A stretch of 62,936 bases of DNA, the filler included, from Porpidia crustulata (lineage: Eukaryota): NCBI GenBank assembly GCA_964255105.1. It is 5 parts of 5 records of this genome, joined end to end, with 100 filler letters (N's around TTAATTAATTAA, not from the genome) between each part and the next. Parts side by side here need not be neighbours in the genome. Positions count along the whole stretch, not along the records: positions 50,449 to 62,936 come from CAXUWE010000529.1; 4 more parts are not named here. The stretch is one strand, 5' to 3'. Under the pieces are notes generated by a model. The model was given only the letters and a program-made list of their open reading frames with translations. It made no database searches and was not told the origin of the DNA. The position numbers and the translations under genes were made by a program. Positions 50,449-62,936 of this stretch are shown here, piece after piece (position 1 is the first letter of the stretch; every line of letters starts with the position of its first letter).

Positions 50449-50593
50449 GTGTTGTATCTGTTTCGAGTCAATCGTGGGTTGTGCAGTTTGCTGAGGGGGT
50501 TTCTTGAGAGGAGGGGGATGTCGGTGGTAGTGTGCTGGGTGGGTGGCTTACGGATTCCTCCGACGCTGTGGGGTTGCTTGTGTTAGTTGACAT
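50449..50593 (-). CDS. Possible first exon of a gene divergent from PRP8 (truncated)
   Basis: ATG gives MSTNTSNPTASEES, directly followed by a GTAAGC donor. Product unknown. Confidence 0.25.
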
Positions 50594-51056
50594 TTCTCTT
50601 TGGAGGAATGGAGGTACGAGCTTACGTATGTCAGTCTTGTAGTCATGGTGAGATGTGGATGTCGTTGAGGGCGTGAGGGTTGTCGATTGTGGCCGTCGAC
50701 TACCTATGCCGGGCCAATATTCGGTTAGGTTGTGTGCTGGAGGGTTTTCGGTTAAGCGACTTACTAGTACTTTAAGATCGCTAGTGCAATCGTTAGCGTG
50801 CAGCTTGAGTGTGGATATCAAAAGTTCACGCCACTCCTACTTGCCTGATACTCTACTTAACCCTACCTGACGCCGTAGAGTCGGTCGCGTGAGTCTGATG
50901 TTTGTGCATGCACTAGGACTCGGTAACTTTACTTCTTCATAACAGAGGTCGCGTTCATCGGGTGAGAACCAGCTCTGTCGATGACTCGAGGGGCAGGCAG
51001 GTACATCTACCGATCCTTAGATACAATAAGAGCAACATCACAAAGGGCTCCTCACC

Positions 51057-54000
51057 ATGTCTAATCTCCCTCCTCCACCTCCTCCAGGATGGGGAGCGAA
51101 GCCTCTCTCCATGTCCTCTGCTCCACCTCCTCCAGGATATCTACCACCTTCGGACCCCCAGGCCGTCAAATTTGCCCAGAAACAGAAGGAATGGCTGCGC
51201 TCACAGCGAAGCCGCTTTGGCGAGAAACGGAAGGGGGGCTTCAGAGAAACGCAAAAGGCAGACATGCCGCCGGAGCATTTGCGGAAAATCGTCAAGGACA
51301 TTGGGGACGTGTCTCAGAAAAAATTCAGCAGCGACAAACGGAGCTATCTGGGCGCATTAAAGTTCATGCCACATGCCGTTCTCAAGCTTTTAGAAAATAT
51401 GCCCATGCCTTGGGAGTCGTCGAGAGAGGTCAAGGTGCTTTACCATGTCAACGGATGTTTGACGATGGTCAATGAGATCCCGAGGGTGATTGAACCGGTC
51501 TTTCATGCGCAGTGGGCAACCATGTGGGTTTGCATGCGAAGGGAAAAAAGCGACAGAAGGCATTTCAAGAGGATGAGGTTTCCGCCTTTTGATGATGAAG
51601 AGCCGCCTTTGTCGTGGTCGGAGAATATCGAAGATGTGGAGCCTTTGGAGCCTATACAGATGGAGCTTGATGAGATCGAGGATGGCCCGGTATACGATTG
51701 GTTTTACGAACATCGACCTTTACTGGATACCTCTCACGTCAATGGCCCAAGCTACAAAAATTGGAATTTAACACTTCCCCAGATGGCTACGCTCTATCGG
51801 CTGAGCCATCAGCTTTTGAGTGATCTAGTGGATAAAAATTATTTCCACATGTTCGACTTGAATAGCTTTCTGACAGCGAAGGCTCTGAATGTTGCAATTC
51901 CTGGCGGCCCCAGGTTCGAGCCTCTGTATAAGGACGTCGACCCCAACGATGAAGATTTTGGAGAGTTCAATGCAATTGACCGAATTATCTTCCGGGCGCC
52001 GATCAGAACGGAATATCGAGTCGCCTTTCCATTTCTATACAACTCCCTTCCACGAAGCGTTGAGCTGTCCTGGTATTCGTATCCGCAGATTGTCTACGTG
52101 CGCGCCGAAGATCCAAGTCTTCCTGCTTTCTACTTCGATCCTGTCATTAATCCAATATCTTCTCGGTCTGTGGCGCCCAAGAACATCACTGTTAGCCATG
52201 AAGATGAAATATTTGGTTATGGTAACGGCGAGGATGAGGAGTTTACTCTGCCTGGCAATATGGAGCCTTTCCTGGCGGATGAGGAGCTGTATACAAGCGA
52301 AACGTCATCTGCTATTGCACTTTGGTGGGCACCCTTCCCCTTCGATCGTCGCTCAGGGCGTATGGTACGCGCTCAAGACGTGCCTTTGGTCAAGCAATGG
52401 TATCTGGAACATTGTCCGCAAGGGCAGCCAGTCAAAGTTCGTGTGTCGTACCAGAAGATGCTCAAAACCTACGTATTGAATGAACTGCATCAGAGGAAGC
52501 CGAAGGCGCAGAACAAGCAGAATCTGATGAAATCACTTCGATCTACGAAATTCTTCCAACAAACAACAATTGATTGGGTTGAAGCAGGCCTTCAAGTGTG
52601 CCGTCAAGGCTTCAACATGCTCAATTTACTCATCCATCGAAAGAACTTGACATACTTGCACTTGGATTACAATTTCAATCTCAAGCCTGTGAAAACGCTG
52701 ACGACAAAGGAGCGAAAGAAATCGCGATTTGGAAATGCGTTCCATTTGATGCGAGAAATATTGCGTCTGACTAAATTGATTGTTGATGCTCAAGTGCAAT
52801 ACCGACTTGGTAATATTGACGCTTTCCAACTGGCAGATGGAATCCTCTACGCCTTCAATCACGTTGGACAATTGACTGGAATGTATCGCTACAAGTACAA
52901 GCTCATGCATCAGATTCGGTCGTGTAAAGACTTGAAGCATCTGATTTATTATCGATTCAACTCGGGTCCTGTGGGTAAAGGTCCCGGATGTGGTTTTTGG
53001 GCGCCAGCATGGAGAGTTTGGCTGTTCTTCATGAGAGGTATCATCCCATTGCTCGAGCGATGGCTTGGCAATCTTTTATCAAGGCAATTCGAGGGTCGCC
53101 ACAGTAAAGGTGTCGCAAAGACCGTAACGAAGCAGAGAGTTGAATCGCATTTTGATCTTGAGCTTCGAGCATCGGTTATGGCAGATTTGATGGATATGAT
53201 GCCCGAGGGTATTAAGCAGAGTAAGGTCAACACAGTACTTCAGCATTTGTCTGAAGCCTGGAGATGCTGGAAGTCTAATATCCCGTGGAAAGTGCCTGGC
53301 TTACCAGCACCTATCGAAAACATTATCCTGAGATACGTCAAGAGTAAAGCTGACTGGTGGATATCTGTTGCACACTACAATCGTGAGCGCATAAGGAGAG
53401 GTGCGACAGTTGATAAGACGGTGGCAAAGAAGAACTTGGGACGACTCACTCGTTTGTGGTTGAAAGCGGAGCAGGAACGCCAGCACAACTACATGAAAGA
53501 CGGTCCCTATGTTTCGTCTGAGGAAGCTGTCGCCATCTACACTACCACCGTACATTGGCTCGAGTCAAGGAAGTACTCTCCCATACCCTTTCCAGCTGTC
53601 TCATACAAGCACGATACCAAAATCTTGATCTTGGCCCTTGAGCGACTGAGGGAGGCTTACTCGGTCAAAGGTCGCTTGAATCAAAGCCAGAGAGAAGAAC
53701 TTGCTCTCATCGAGCAAGCTTACGACTCTCCTGGGACAACCCTAACTCGGATCAAGCGCTTCCTACTGACTCAACGAGCCTTCAAAGAAGTTGGCATTGA
53801 TATGAACGATAACTACAGTAGTATCAATCCGGTCTACGACATTGAGCCAATAGAGAAGATAACGGACGCTTACCTTGACCAATATCTTTGGTATCAAGCA
53901 GATCAGCGTCACTTATTCCCTGCATGGATTAAGCCTTCAGATTCCGAAGTACCGCCACTCCTCACATACAAATGGGCTCAAGGCATCAACAACCTTGGAA

Positions 54001-57000
54001 ACGTTTGGGAAACCGCAGATGGAGAGTGCAACGTCATGATCGAGACACAGCTTTCAAAAGTGTACGAGAAGATCGATCTCACGTTGTTGAATCGTCTCAT
54101 GCGTCTTATCATGGATCACAATCTTGCCGATTACATCTCTTCGAAGAATAATGTGCAGCTCAACTACAAAGACATGAATCACACCAATAGCTACGGGATG
54201 ATCAGAGGTCTACAATTCTCAGCCTTTGTTTTCCAGTACTACGGATTAGTGCTTGACCTTCTTTTACTTGGTCTACAACGCGCCAGCGAAATCGCGGGTC
54301 CTCCCCAAAGCCCGAACGACTTCCTGCAATTCAGAGATCGTGCTTCTGAGATTAGACATCCGATCCGGCTGTATACAAGATATATTGATCGGATATGGGT
54401 ATTCTTGAGATTCTCTGCCGATGAGTCGAGAGACCTGATCCAGCGCTTCCTCACAGAACAACCTGATCCAAACTTTGAAAATGTCATCGGCTATCGAAAT
54501 AAAAAGTGTTGGCCTCGAGATTCTAGGATGAGGCTCATGAGGCACGATGTCAACCTTGGACGGGCAGTATTTTGGGACCTCAAGAACAGACTTCCAAGAT
54601 CAATTACAACCATCGAGTGGGATGACACCTTTGCAAGCGTGTACAGCAAGGACAATCCAAACTTGCTATTCTCAATGTGCGGGTTCGAAGTCCGTATATT
54701 ACCCAAAATCCGTAACACAAACGATGAATTCCCAGTCAAGGACAGCGTTTGGTCGCTCGTAGACAACACGACCAAGGAGCGCACTGCACATGCCTTTTTG
54801 CAGGTTACCGAAGAGGACATACAGAAGTTCAACAATCGCATACGACAGATCCTCATGTCATCGGGCTCTACCACTTTCACGAAGATTGCCAACAAATGGA
54901 ATACCAGTCTAATTGCGTTGTTCACGTACTACCGAGAGGCTGCGGTGTCGACGGTGAATTTGCTTGATACCATTGTCAAATGTGAAACCAAGATACAGAC
55001 CCGTGTCAAAATTGGTCTGAATTCCAAGATGCCGTCGAGATTTCCGCCCGCCGTATTCTACACGCCAAAGGAACTGGGTGGTCTTGGTATGATATCTGGC
55101 TCGCACATTCTCATTCCTACGAGCGACAAGCGATGGTCAAAGCAGACTGATACCGGCGTTACGCATTATCGTTCGGGAATGAGCCACGACGAAGAAACTC
55201 TTATCCCTAACATCTTCCGTTACATAATCCCTTGGGAGGCAGAGTTCATCGACTCTCAGCGCGTGTGGACAGAATACTCGCAGAAGCGGCAGGAAGCTAA
55301 CCAGCAGAACCGCCGACTAACTCTTGAGGATCTGGAGGACAGCTGGGATCGTGGTCTTCCACGTATCAATACACTATTCCAGAAAGACCGAAGTACCCTG
55401 AGCTTTGACAAAGGCTTTAGAGCCCGCACTGAGTTCAAGACGTATCAATTAATGAAAAGTAACCCCTTCTGGTGGACTAGCCAGAGGCACGATGGCAAGC
55501 TGTGGAACCTAAACGCATATCGAACAGATGTTATTCAGGCACTTGGTGGTGTCGAGACGATCCTTGAGCACACACTTTTTAAAGCGACCGCTTTCCCATC
55601 TTGGGAAGGTCTCTTCTGGGAGAAAGCATCAGGTTTCGAGGAGTCGATGAAATTCAAGAAGCTGACCAACGCCCAACGCTCCGGTCTCAATCAGATCCCA
55701 AATCGGCGTTTCACATTGTGGTGGTCACCAACAATCAACCGTGCCAATGTATACGTGGGTTTTCAAGTGCAACTAGATTTGACTGGTATTTTCTTGCATG
55801 GCAAGATCCCGACACTTAAGATCTCCTTGATTCAAATATTCCGTGCACATTTATGGCAGAAAATCCACGAGTCTATGGTCATGGATTTGTGCCAAGTTTT
55901 CGATCAAGAATTGGACCAACTTGGGATTGAAACAGTACAGAAGGAGACGATCCATCCCAGGAAATCTTACAAAATGAACAGCTCTTGTGCAGACATCTTG
56001 TTGTTCGCTACGCATAAATGGAACGTCACAAGACCGTCAATACTGTTTGATACGAAGGACATTACCGAGGCAACCACCACTAATAAATTCTGGATCGATG
56101 TTCAACTTCGATACGGTGATTACGACTCTCACGACATTGAGAGGTATGTGCGTGCGAAGTACTTGGACTATACGACAGACAGCATGAGCATTTATCCCTC
56201 TGCAACTGGTCTCATGATTGGTATCGATCTAGCTTACAATTTGTACTCGGCGTACGGGCAGTACTTTCCAGGTCTTAAGACTCTGGTTCAACAGGCCATG
56301 GCGAAGGTCATGAAAGCCAACCCAGCGCTTTATGTTCTGAGGGAACGTATCCGAAAGGGTCTCCAACTATATGCATCAGAGAGCAATCAAGAATTCCTTA
56401 ACTCACAGAACTATTCGGAGCTTTTCAGTAACCAGATTCAGCTATTCATTGACGACACGAATGTCTACCGAGTGACAATTCATAAGACTTTCGAAGGCAA
56501 TCTAACTACGAAGCCCATAAATGGAGCAATTTTCATCTTTAATCCGAGAACGGGACAGCTGTTCCTTAAAATTATTCACACTAGTGTTTGGGCTGGGCAA
56601 AAGCGTTTGGGTCAATTGGCTAAGTGGAAGACTGCAGAAGAAGTGGCAGCTTTGATTCGATCTCTTCCTGTGGAGGAGCAACCGAAACAGCTCATCGTAA
56701 CGCGGAAAGGCTTGCTCGATCCTTTGGAAGTGCATCTATTAGATTTCCCCAACATTTCAATCCGAGCTTCAGAGCTTCAATTACCCTTCCAAGCGGCAAT
56801 GAAGGTCGAGAAGTTGGGTGACATGATTCTTCGTGCCACCGAGCCGAAGATGATGCTTTTCAATCTCTATGATGAATGGCTGAAGACAATCTCATCCTAC
56901 ACTGCCTTTTCCAGACTTATCCTAATTTTACGTGCGCTGCATGTCAACCAGGACAAGACTAAATTGCTGCTAAGACCCGATAAGACTGTTATCACCAAGG

Positions 57001-58180
57001 AACATCACATTTGGCCCACGCTCTCTGATGAGGACTGGATCAAGGTCGAAGTGCAACTCAGAGATTTGATCCTTAACGACTATGGCAAAAAGAACAATGT
57101 CAATACGTCCAGCTTGACAAGTAGCGAAGTCCGTGATATTATCCTTGGTATGGAAATCAGCGCACCCTCGATGCAACGCCAGCAAGCGGCAGAGATCGAA
57201 AAGCAGCAACAAGAACAACAGCAACTCACAGCCGTCACTACCAAGACTCAAAACGTTCATGGCGAAGACATCATTGTTACGACCACCTCGCAATTTGAGC
57301 AGCAATCTTTTGCCTCCAAGACAGAATGGCGCACTCGAGCCATCGCCACCTCCAATCTTCGCACCCGCGCCAACAACATCTATGTCTCTTCCGACGATAT
57401 CCGCGAGGATGGCCACTTCACCTACATTATGCCCAAGAATATTCTCAAGCGTTTCATCACCATCGCTGATCTCCGCGTCCAGGTGGCTGGTTACCTTTAC
57501 GGTAGCTCTCCGCCTGACAATGATGAAATCAAGGAAATCCGCACCATTGTAATGATTCCTCAAGTCGGTAATACTCGTGATGTGCAACTACCACACCAAC
57601 TCCCCCAGCACCCACAACTGGCTAGTATGGAGCCTCTGGGAGTCATCCATACTGTTTCCGGCAACGAACCGCCTTACATGACCGCCGCCGACGTAACCCA
57701 GCACGCTCGTCTTATGGCCTCGCACCCGACATGGGATAAGAAAACAGTCACCATGACCGTGTCCTTCACTCCCGGCTCAGTCTCTCTCGCAGCATGGGCG
57801 CTTACTCCCAATGGCTATAAATGGGGCGCGGAGAACAAAGACATGAGTAGCGAGCAGCCGCAGGGATTTTCGACGAGTATGGGAGAGAAGTGCCAATTGC
57901 TACTGAGTGATAAGATAAGAGGGTACTTCCTGGTGCCAGAGGGCAACCTGTGGAATTATAGCTTCATGGGCAGCAGCTTTGGGAGTGTGGAGAAAAAGGG
58001 GGTATTTGTTAAGATGGACACGCCGTTGGTAAGTCATTATGTTGAACGCTTGGCCGTGGGAATGGGCTTAGCTAATTGTTGCTGCAGCCTTTCTATGCGG
58101 ATCAGCATCGACCCTTGCACTTCCAAAACTTCGCAGAGCTGGAGGATATCTGGGTTGATAGAACAGACAATTTTGCATGA
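51057..58180 (+). CDS. PRP8: Pre-mRNA splicing factor Prp8 (U5 snRNP), no intein
   Basis: Clear Prp8 sequence ([40 protein letters not shown]). One intron at about 58029..58087 gives the true C-terminus [30 protein letters not shown]. Confidence 0.98.
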
Positions 58181-58758
58181 GGGGCTGTTTCGCACAATAC
58201 GGTCTTTGACATTATGGAAAGGGTCGGTTTCTATGCGGAGGAAGCCACAAAGCTGGCGTCCAGGTGTACATGTCTGGAGAAAGGAAAACAGCATAGGGCG
58301 TTTGCTCTGTATATAGTTACGGAGAATTAGGAATGTTGCGTCGATATATGCGTTGGCGGACTTGAATTCCATATATGTATCACTGATTGTACCATGTCAA
58401 GTATCCGCGACTCACGCTTTTGCAATTCTCTATTGAGCTGCCCAAAGGAGTGTCGATACATAGTACTTCTACCCCACCTCCCGCCAACTGGATGTCGCGC
58501 TAAGCCAGGGTTGAGTTCGTGGTGTTGATACGCATAAGAAATCTGAACGGCACGTCTGCCGAGCAGTTGTGAGAGCGTTTGTCAATCACCAGTTCAAGCT
58601 ATCTATCGAACGGTACAAATCGGAGTTGTGTGAAATTTCCTGTCTCTATGGGGAAATAATCACTTTATTCACCTACCTTACACTAAGCTTATCCAAAGCG
58701 ACAATCGACCGAGAGCCGCCCCACTAAGGTCCCCAATCTAAGCAACGAGAAGGTCGCA

Positions 58759-61185
58759 ATGGCTGGCGAAAGGACTCCGTTGCTGCAGACGGTGATTATC
58801 ACGCCCCGCCGACAGCGGTATACTCATAGCACCATCCGGCGTTTCTGTACCATATGCCTTGCGAGCACCCTAATCGTCATCGTGATTCTATTCCTACTTC
58901 CCCCAGAATGGTTGCCGGGAGGTAAGGAGGGGATGTCTGCATACCTTCCTGGGAACTCACCATACCCACATGTGGCGTGGCCTCGGGGCGAGGGTCTACT
59001 TTACAAAGAGCTACAGGATGTCCTACAGACGACGCCCCAGGAAGACAAGGCTAGAGAATGGAGTCAATACTATACAGCTGGGCCCCATCTGGCGGGGAAG
59101 AATCTCAGTCAAGCTATATGGACGAGGGAGCGGTGGCAGGAATTCGGTGTTGAAGATTCGAGTATCGTGACGTACGATGTCTATGTAAATTACCCGGCTG
59201 GTCATCGGTTGGCTTTACTCGAGAAGAGCACAAGGAACAGCAAAAGCAAAGAAGATGTCGAGAAGCGAACGGCTGAGATAGGCAGGACGCGTGGTTACAA
59301 TGTCAAATACGAGTGTAGCATGACAGAGGATGTCCTCGAGGAAGATCCAACTAGCGGAATAGATAATCGTATCCCAACGTTTCATGGATATTCTGCAAGC
59401 GGTAATGTGACTGCGCAGTTCGTCTATGTGAATTTCGGGACATATCAAGACTTTGAGGATTTAGTGAAAGCGAATGTCAGCCTCGAAGGCAAGATCGCTG
59501 TGGCGAAATATGGTCGTATCTTCAGAGGACTCAAGGTCAAGCGAGCTCAAGAGCTCGGGATGGTTGGCATGGTGATTTATAGCGATCCGCAGGAGGATGG
59601 AGAGGTTACGGAGGAGAATGGGTACAAGACTTATCCTGATGGCCCTGCGAGGAATCCCAGCAGCGTCCAAAGAGGGAGCGTGGAGTTTCTCAGTGAGCAT
59701 ATATACCCTGCATTACCAGTAGAAGCTGGATTGCTAACAACTTTAGGTGTAGCTCCGGGAGATCCTACAACCCCCGGATATCCATCTAAGCCAGGTGTTC
59801 CTCGCCAGGACGTCAGTCATGCTATTCCGAGCATTCCCACTGTGCCAATCTCCTATATGGATGCTCTTCCGATTTTGAAAGCCTTGAACGGTCATGGCCC
59901 AAAAGCATCAGACTTCAACAAGTATTGGCAAGGCGGTGGTCTTGGATATAAAGGCGTCGAATACAGCATCGGTCCTTCCCCTGCTGAACTTGTACTTAAT
60001 CTCGTCAACGAGCAAGATTATATCACAACCCCAATGTGGAACGTGATTGGCATCATTAATGGCACACTTCCAGACGAGGTTGTTATTCTTGGAAATCATC
60101 GAGATGCCTGGATTGCAGGCGGCGCAGGAGACCCGAACAGTGGCTCAGCTGCAATGAACGAAGTTGTACGTAGCTTTGGTACAGCTCTCGCAAAAGGCTG
60201 GAAGCCTCTCCGTACAATCGTGTTTGCTAGTTGGGACGGAGAAGAATACGGCCTGATTGGGTCCACCGAATGGGTTGAGGAGTTCCTCCCTTGGCTTTCC
60301 AAATCCGCGGTCGCCTACCTCAATGTGGACGTTGGAACTCGTGGTCCACGGTTCTCCGCCTCAGCCTCTCCATTACTCAACAAAGCCCTCTATGAAGCTA
60401 CCTCCCTTGTTCAATCCCCCAATCAAACAATCCCAGGACAAACCGTGCGTGATCTCTGGAATGGCCATATCGGCACCATGGGCTCCGGTTCTGACTTCAC
60501 GGCCTTTCAAGACTTTGCTGGAATTCCCAGCGTTGATCTGGGCTTTGGGCCCTCCCCGAATAGCCCTGTGTATCACTACCATTCCAATTATGATAGTTTC
60601 GCCTGGATGGATACGTTCGGTGATCCAGAATGGCACTACCACGTCACAATCACCAAAGTCTGGGCCCTCTTCGCTGCTTCCTTGATCGAAACTCCGATCC
60701 TTCATCTTAACGCTAGTGACTACGCCGTCGGCCTCGCCAAGTATATTGACTCTGTAAAGGCGACCGCTGCAAATTCGTCTGACGCCGGCATGGTTTCCGT
60801 TTCCTTCCCTCTCCTTGACAAAGCCATTTCTTCCCTCACCACTACGGCTATCGCGTTCGACGCCTACGCGGCCTCCCTCGCCGCGAGCATCGACAACAGC
60901 GTGCCCTGGTGGAAATGGTGGCAGAAAGTCAAACTCTACTACGAAGTCCGCAAAGCAAATGATAAATATAAATACCTCGAACGACAATTCTTACATTCAG
61001 AAGGTTTGGACGGGCGGACATGGTTCAAGCATGTTGTATTTGCGCCGGGGATATGGACCGGGTATGCCGGTGCTACGTTTCCTGGATTGACAGAGAGTAT
61101 TGAGCGAGGGGACAAGATTGGCGTGGAGAAATGGACCAAGATCATCAAAGGGAACATCGACGCCGCGACGGAGTCCTTGAAATGA
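58759..61185 (+). CDS. M28B glutamate carboxypeptidase II / transferrin-receptor-like protein (Tre/Vps70 family), type II membrane anchor and PA domain
   Basis: N-terminal TM helix, YVNFG and KYGRIFRGLKV in the PA domain, metal ligands in GNHRDAW, DPNSG, WDGEE, YLNVD and YHYHS, and C-terminal WFKHVVFAPG. Probable in-frame intron 59693..59746. Confidence 0.92.
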   Translation: MAGERTPLLQTVIITPRRQRYTHSTIRRFCTICLASTLIVIVILFLLPPEWLPGGKEGMSAYLPGNSPYPHVAWPRGEGLLYKELQDVLQTTPQEDKAREWSQYYTAGPHLAGKNLSQAIWTRERWQEFGVEDSSIVTYDVYVNYPAGHRLALLEKSTRNSKSKEDVEKRTAEIGRTRGYNVKYECSMTEDVLEEDPTSGIDNRIPTFHGYSASGNVTAQFVYVNFGTYQDFEDLVKANVSLEGKIAVAKYGRIFRGLKVKRAQELGMVGMVIYSDPQEDGEVTEENGYKTYPDGPARNPSSVQRGSVEFLSEHIYPALPVEAGLLTTLGVAPGDPTTPGYPSKPGVPRQDVSHAIPSIPTVPISYMDALPILKALNGHGPKASDFNKYWQGGGLGYKGVEYSIGPSPAELVLNLVNEQDYITTPMWNVIGIINGTLPDEVVILGNHRDAWIAGGAGDPNSGSAAMNEVVRSFGTALAKGWKPLRTIVFASWDGEEYGLIGSTEWVEEFLPWLSKSAVAYLNVDVGTRGPRFSASASPLLNKALYEATSLVQSPNQTIPGQTVRDLWNGHIGTMGSGSDFTAFQDFAGIPSVDLGFGPSPNSPVYHYHSNYDSFAWMDTFGDPEWHYHVTITKVWALFAASLIETPILHLNASDYAVGLAKYIDSVKATAANSSDAGMVSVSFPLLDKAISSLTTTAIAFDAYAASLAASIDNSVPWWKWWQKVKLYYEVRKANDKYKYLERQFLHSEGLDGRTWFKHVVFAPGIWTGYAGATFPGLTESIERGDKIGVEKWTKIIKGNIDAATESLK

Positions 61186-61996
61186 GGAGAGAATCTTTAT
61201 GGGTTATGATTATGAATTCACCGGGACCGGGGTGATGGGAAGAGCAAGCACGCCCTCGCGTGTCTGTATAAGTTATACACGTGGATATAAACATATGCGA
61301 GGAAGAGGAACTTTTGTCTACTTGCCTACAGTCTACCCTTATCCTCGTGTGAGAAATAAAGCCAAGAAACTCTCACAAAATACGCTATCAGATAGTAAGG
61401 GCGTTTCAACCCTAAGGCTAGTATCCGGCGGAGGGAGATCCGCGTCAACGGAACTTGAAGCTCCAGAAGATGGAACAATGGATTTTAAAAAGCTTTTTCT
61501 ATTACTTACCCTGTTGGAACTGTATGTTTCAGAAAAAGTTAATCTGAGGGCTTTTGGAACATGGAGTTTGCAATCGGCGCATCCAGGTCTTCCCAACGTA
61601 AACCAAGTCCATAGACACCCAGGACGGGTGGAATTGGATCGATGCGATATGAGCAATCCAGCGATCAGTTTTTGTTCAGTAGCAATGCCCCTTTATCTCC
61701 TATGAGCTCCATACCATCTATGTTATGCTATGGTATTTGCCCCTCAGTTAAAGAAATTCCCCGCACCCACTCGTCTATCTACACTATCTAATCTAGCCCC
61801 ACCATCCCAAAATAGTCAGCCCGACCATCAGTCCAACTGGGAACTCTTTCTACTTTCCTTTGGACACACGTGCCTTCCTTTCGAGATCTTGTAACTATTG
61901 AACAGATTCGATAGCGGACGAACTTGATTACATTCAGAAAACCTCGTTGCAAAAAGAACCAGCAGAACTCCAAGGAAAAAAAAGGCTTTGTCTAGG

Positions 61997-62936
61997 ATGG
62001 GAGCTCAAAGCGTACTCGACCGCAAGACCGGCGTCATTGTTGGTGAGGATGTCAGGAAGCTCTTCAAATACGCCCAGCAGCATGAATTCGCCATTCCTGC
62101 CGTCAATGTTACCTCGTCCTCCACTGTCGTAGCTGCCCTTGAGGCCGCCAGAGATAAGAAGGCGCCCATCATCCTTCAGATGTCCCAAGGTGGTGCGGCA
62201 TACTTCGCTGGAAAGGGTGTTGCAAATAAGGACCAGTCGGCCTCGATTGCTGGAGCTGTTGCCGGAGCGCACTACATTCGTGCTATTGCCTCAGCTTACG
62301 GTAGCCTTTCCTGATATAGATTCATGGATGCCTACGTTAACGATTCCACAGAAATACCTGTGATTCTTCACACTGACCATTGTGCGAAAAAGCTACTTCC
62401 ATGGCTCGACGGTACGTTGCAGATAATTATCAGGAAATGTTAGTTTTCGGATGCTGATTTACATACAGGCATGATGGATGCAGACGAAAAGTACTTCAAG
62501 GAACACAAGGAGCCACTGTTCTCTAGCCATATGATTGACTTATCAGAGGAGGAGGTCGACTGGAATATTCAGACCACGGCAAAATACCTGAAAAGAGCGG
62601 CACCCATGAAGCAGTGGCTAGAGATGGTGAGCCAATTATACACGTGATACAATTGAGTTTTTACTTAGTCAATGCCTAGGAAATCGGCATTACTGGCGGT
62701 GAAGAGGACGGTGTCAATAACGAGAACGTTGATAACAACTCTCTTTACACCCAACCGGAAGATATTCACAACATCCAGAGTACCTTGAGCAAGATCAGCC
62801 CTTATTTCTCAATCGCAGCTGGTAACCCCTTACGATCTATGGATTCTTGGAAAATGTCTCATACACGCAGGTTTCGGAAACGTCCACGGTGTCTACAAAC
62901 CCGGAAACGTCAAGCTCCACCCCGAACTCCTCGGAA
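61997..62936 (+). CDS. FBA1: Fructose-bisphosphate aldolase class II (3' truncated, several introns)
   Basis: FAIPAVNVTSSSTVVAALEAA, ILHTDHCAKKLLPWLDG, EPLFSSHMIDLSEE, EIGITGGEEDGV and FGNVHGVYKPG across GT-AG introns. Confidence 0.96.

Noticed and set aside
58029..58316. Apparently novel C-terminal extension of Prp8 in the 2419-aa ORF
   Set aside because: Read-through of a GTAAGT...GCTAAT...CAG intron; splicing restores a normal C-terminus ending at 58180.
1..62936. CRISPR arrays, prokaryotic defence systems, transposase or retroelement ORFs, rRNA
   Set aside because: None seen; all recognisable genes are fungal nuclear genes, most with introns.

Overview
This is eukaryotic DNA from filamentous ascomycete (Pezizomycotina) fungi, with short GT-AG introns and CTRAY-type branch sites. 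A lichen-forming or related lineage is plausible but cannot be shown from sequence alone. The window is not one locus. It is five contigs (12513, 12512, 12512, 12511 and at least 12488 bp, apparently sorted by length) joined by artificial N44-TTAATTAATTAA-N44 linkers, so neighbourhoods mean nothing across linkers. Contig 1 has a large Raf1/Dos1 (DIM-9/DCAF26)-like WD40 gene missed by the ORF track, an old yellow enzyme ending in SKL, an MFSD10-like transporter and a probably broken F-box-like gene. Contig 2 has NUF2 (partial), an intron-containing tRNA-Gln(UUG), an F-box protein, a triple Cys/His-repeat protein, a small Cys-rich membrane protein and an AAA ATPase (partial). Contig 3 is the most interesting part: a probable fragment of an aromatic polyketide gene cluster (Baeyer-Villiger-type monooxygenase, divergent scytalone dehydratase and Arp2/4HNR-like reductase, AflR-like regulator), with no PKS in view. 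Contig 4 has a partial SDR, a hypothetical protein, RPL27, a ~2000-aa helical-repeat protein and a BAF60/SWIB subunit (partial). Contig 5 has intein-free PRP8, an M28 glutamate carboxypeptidase and FBA1 (partial). No CRISPR, rRNA or intact transposon was seen, and no new system can be established from sequence alone.
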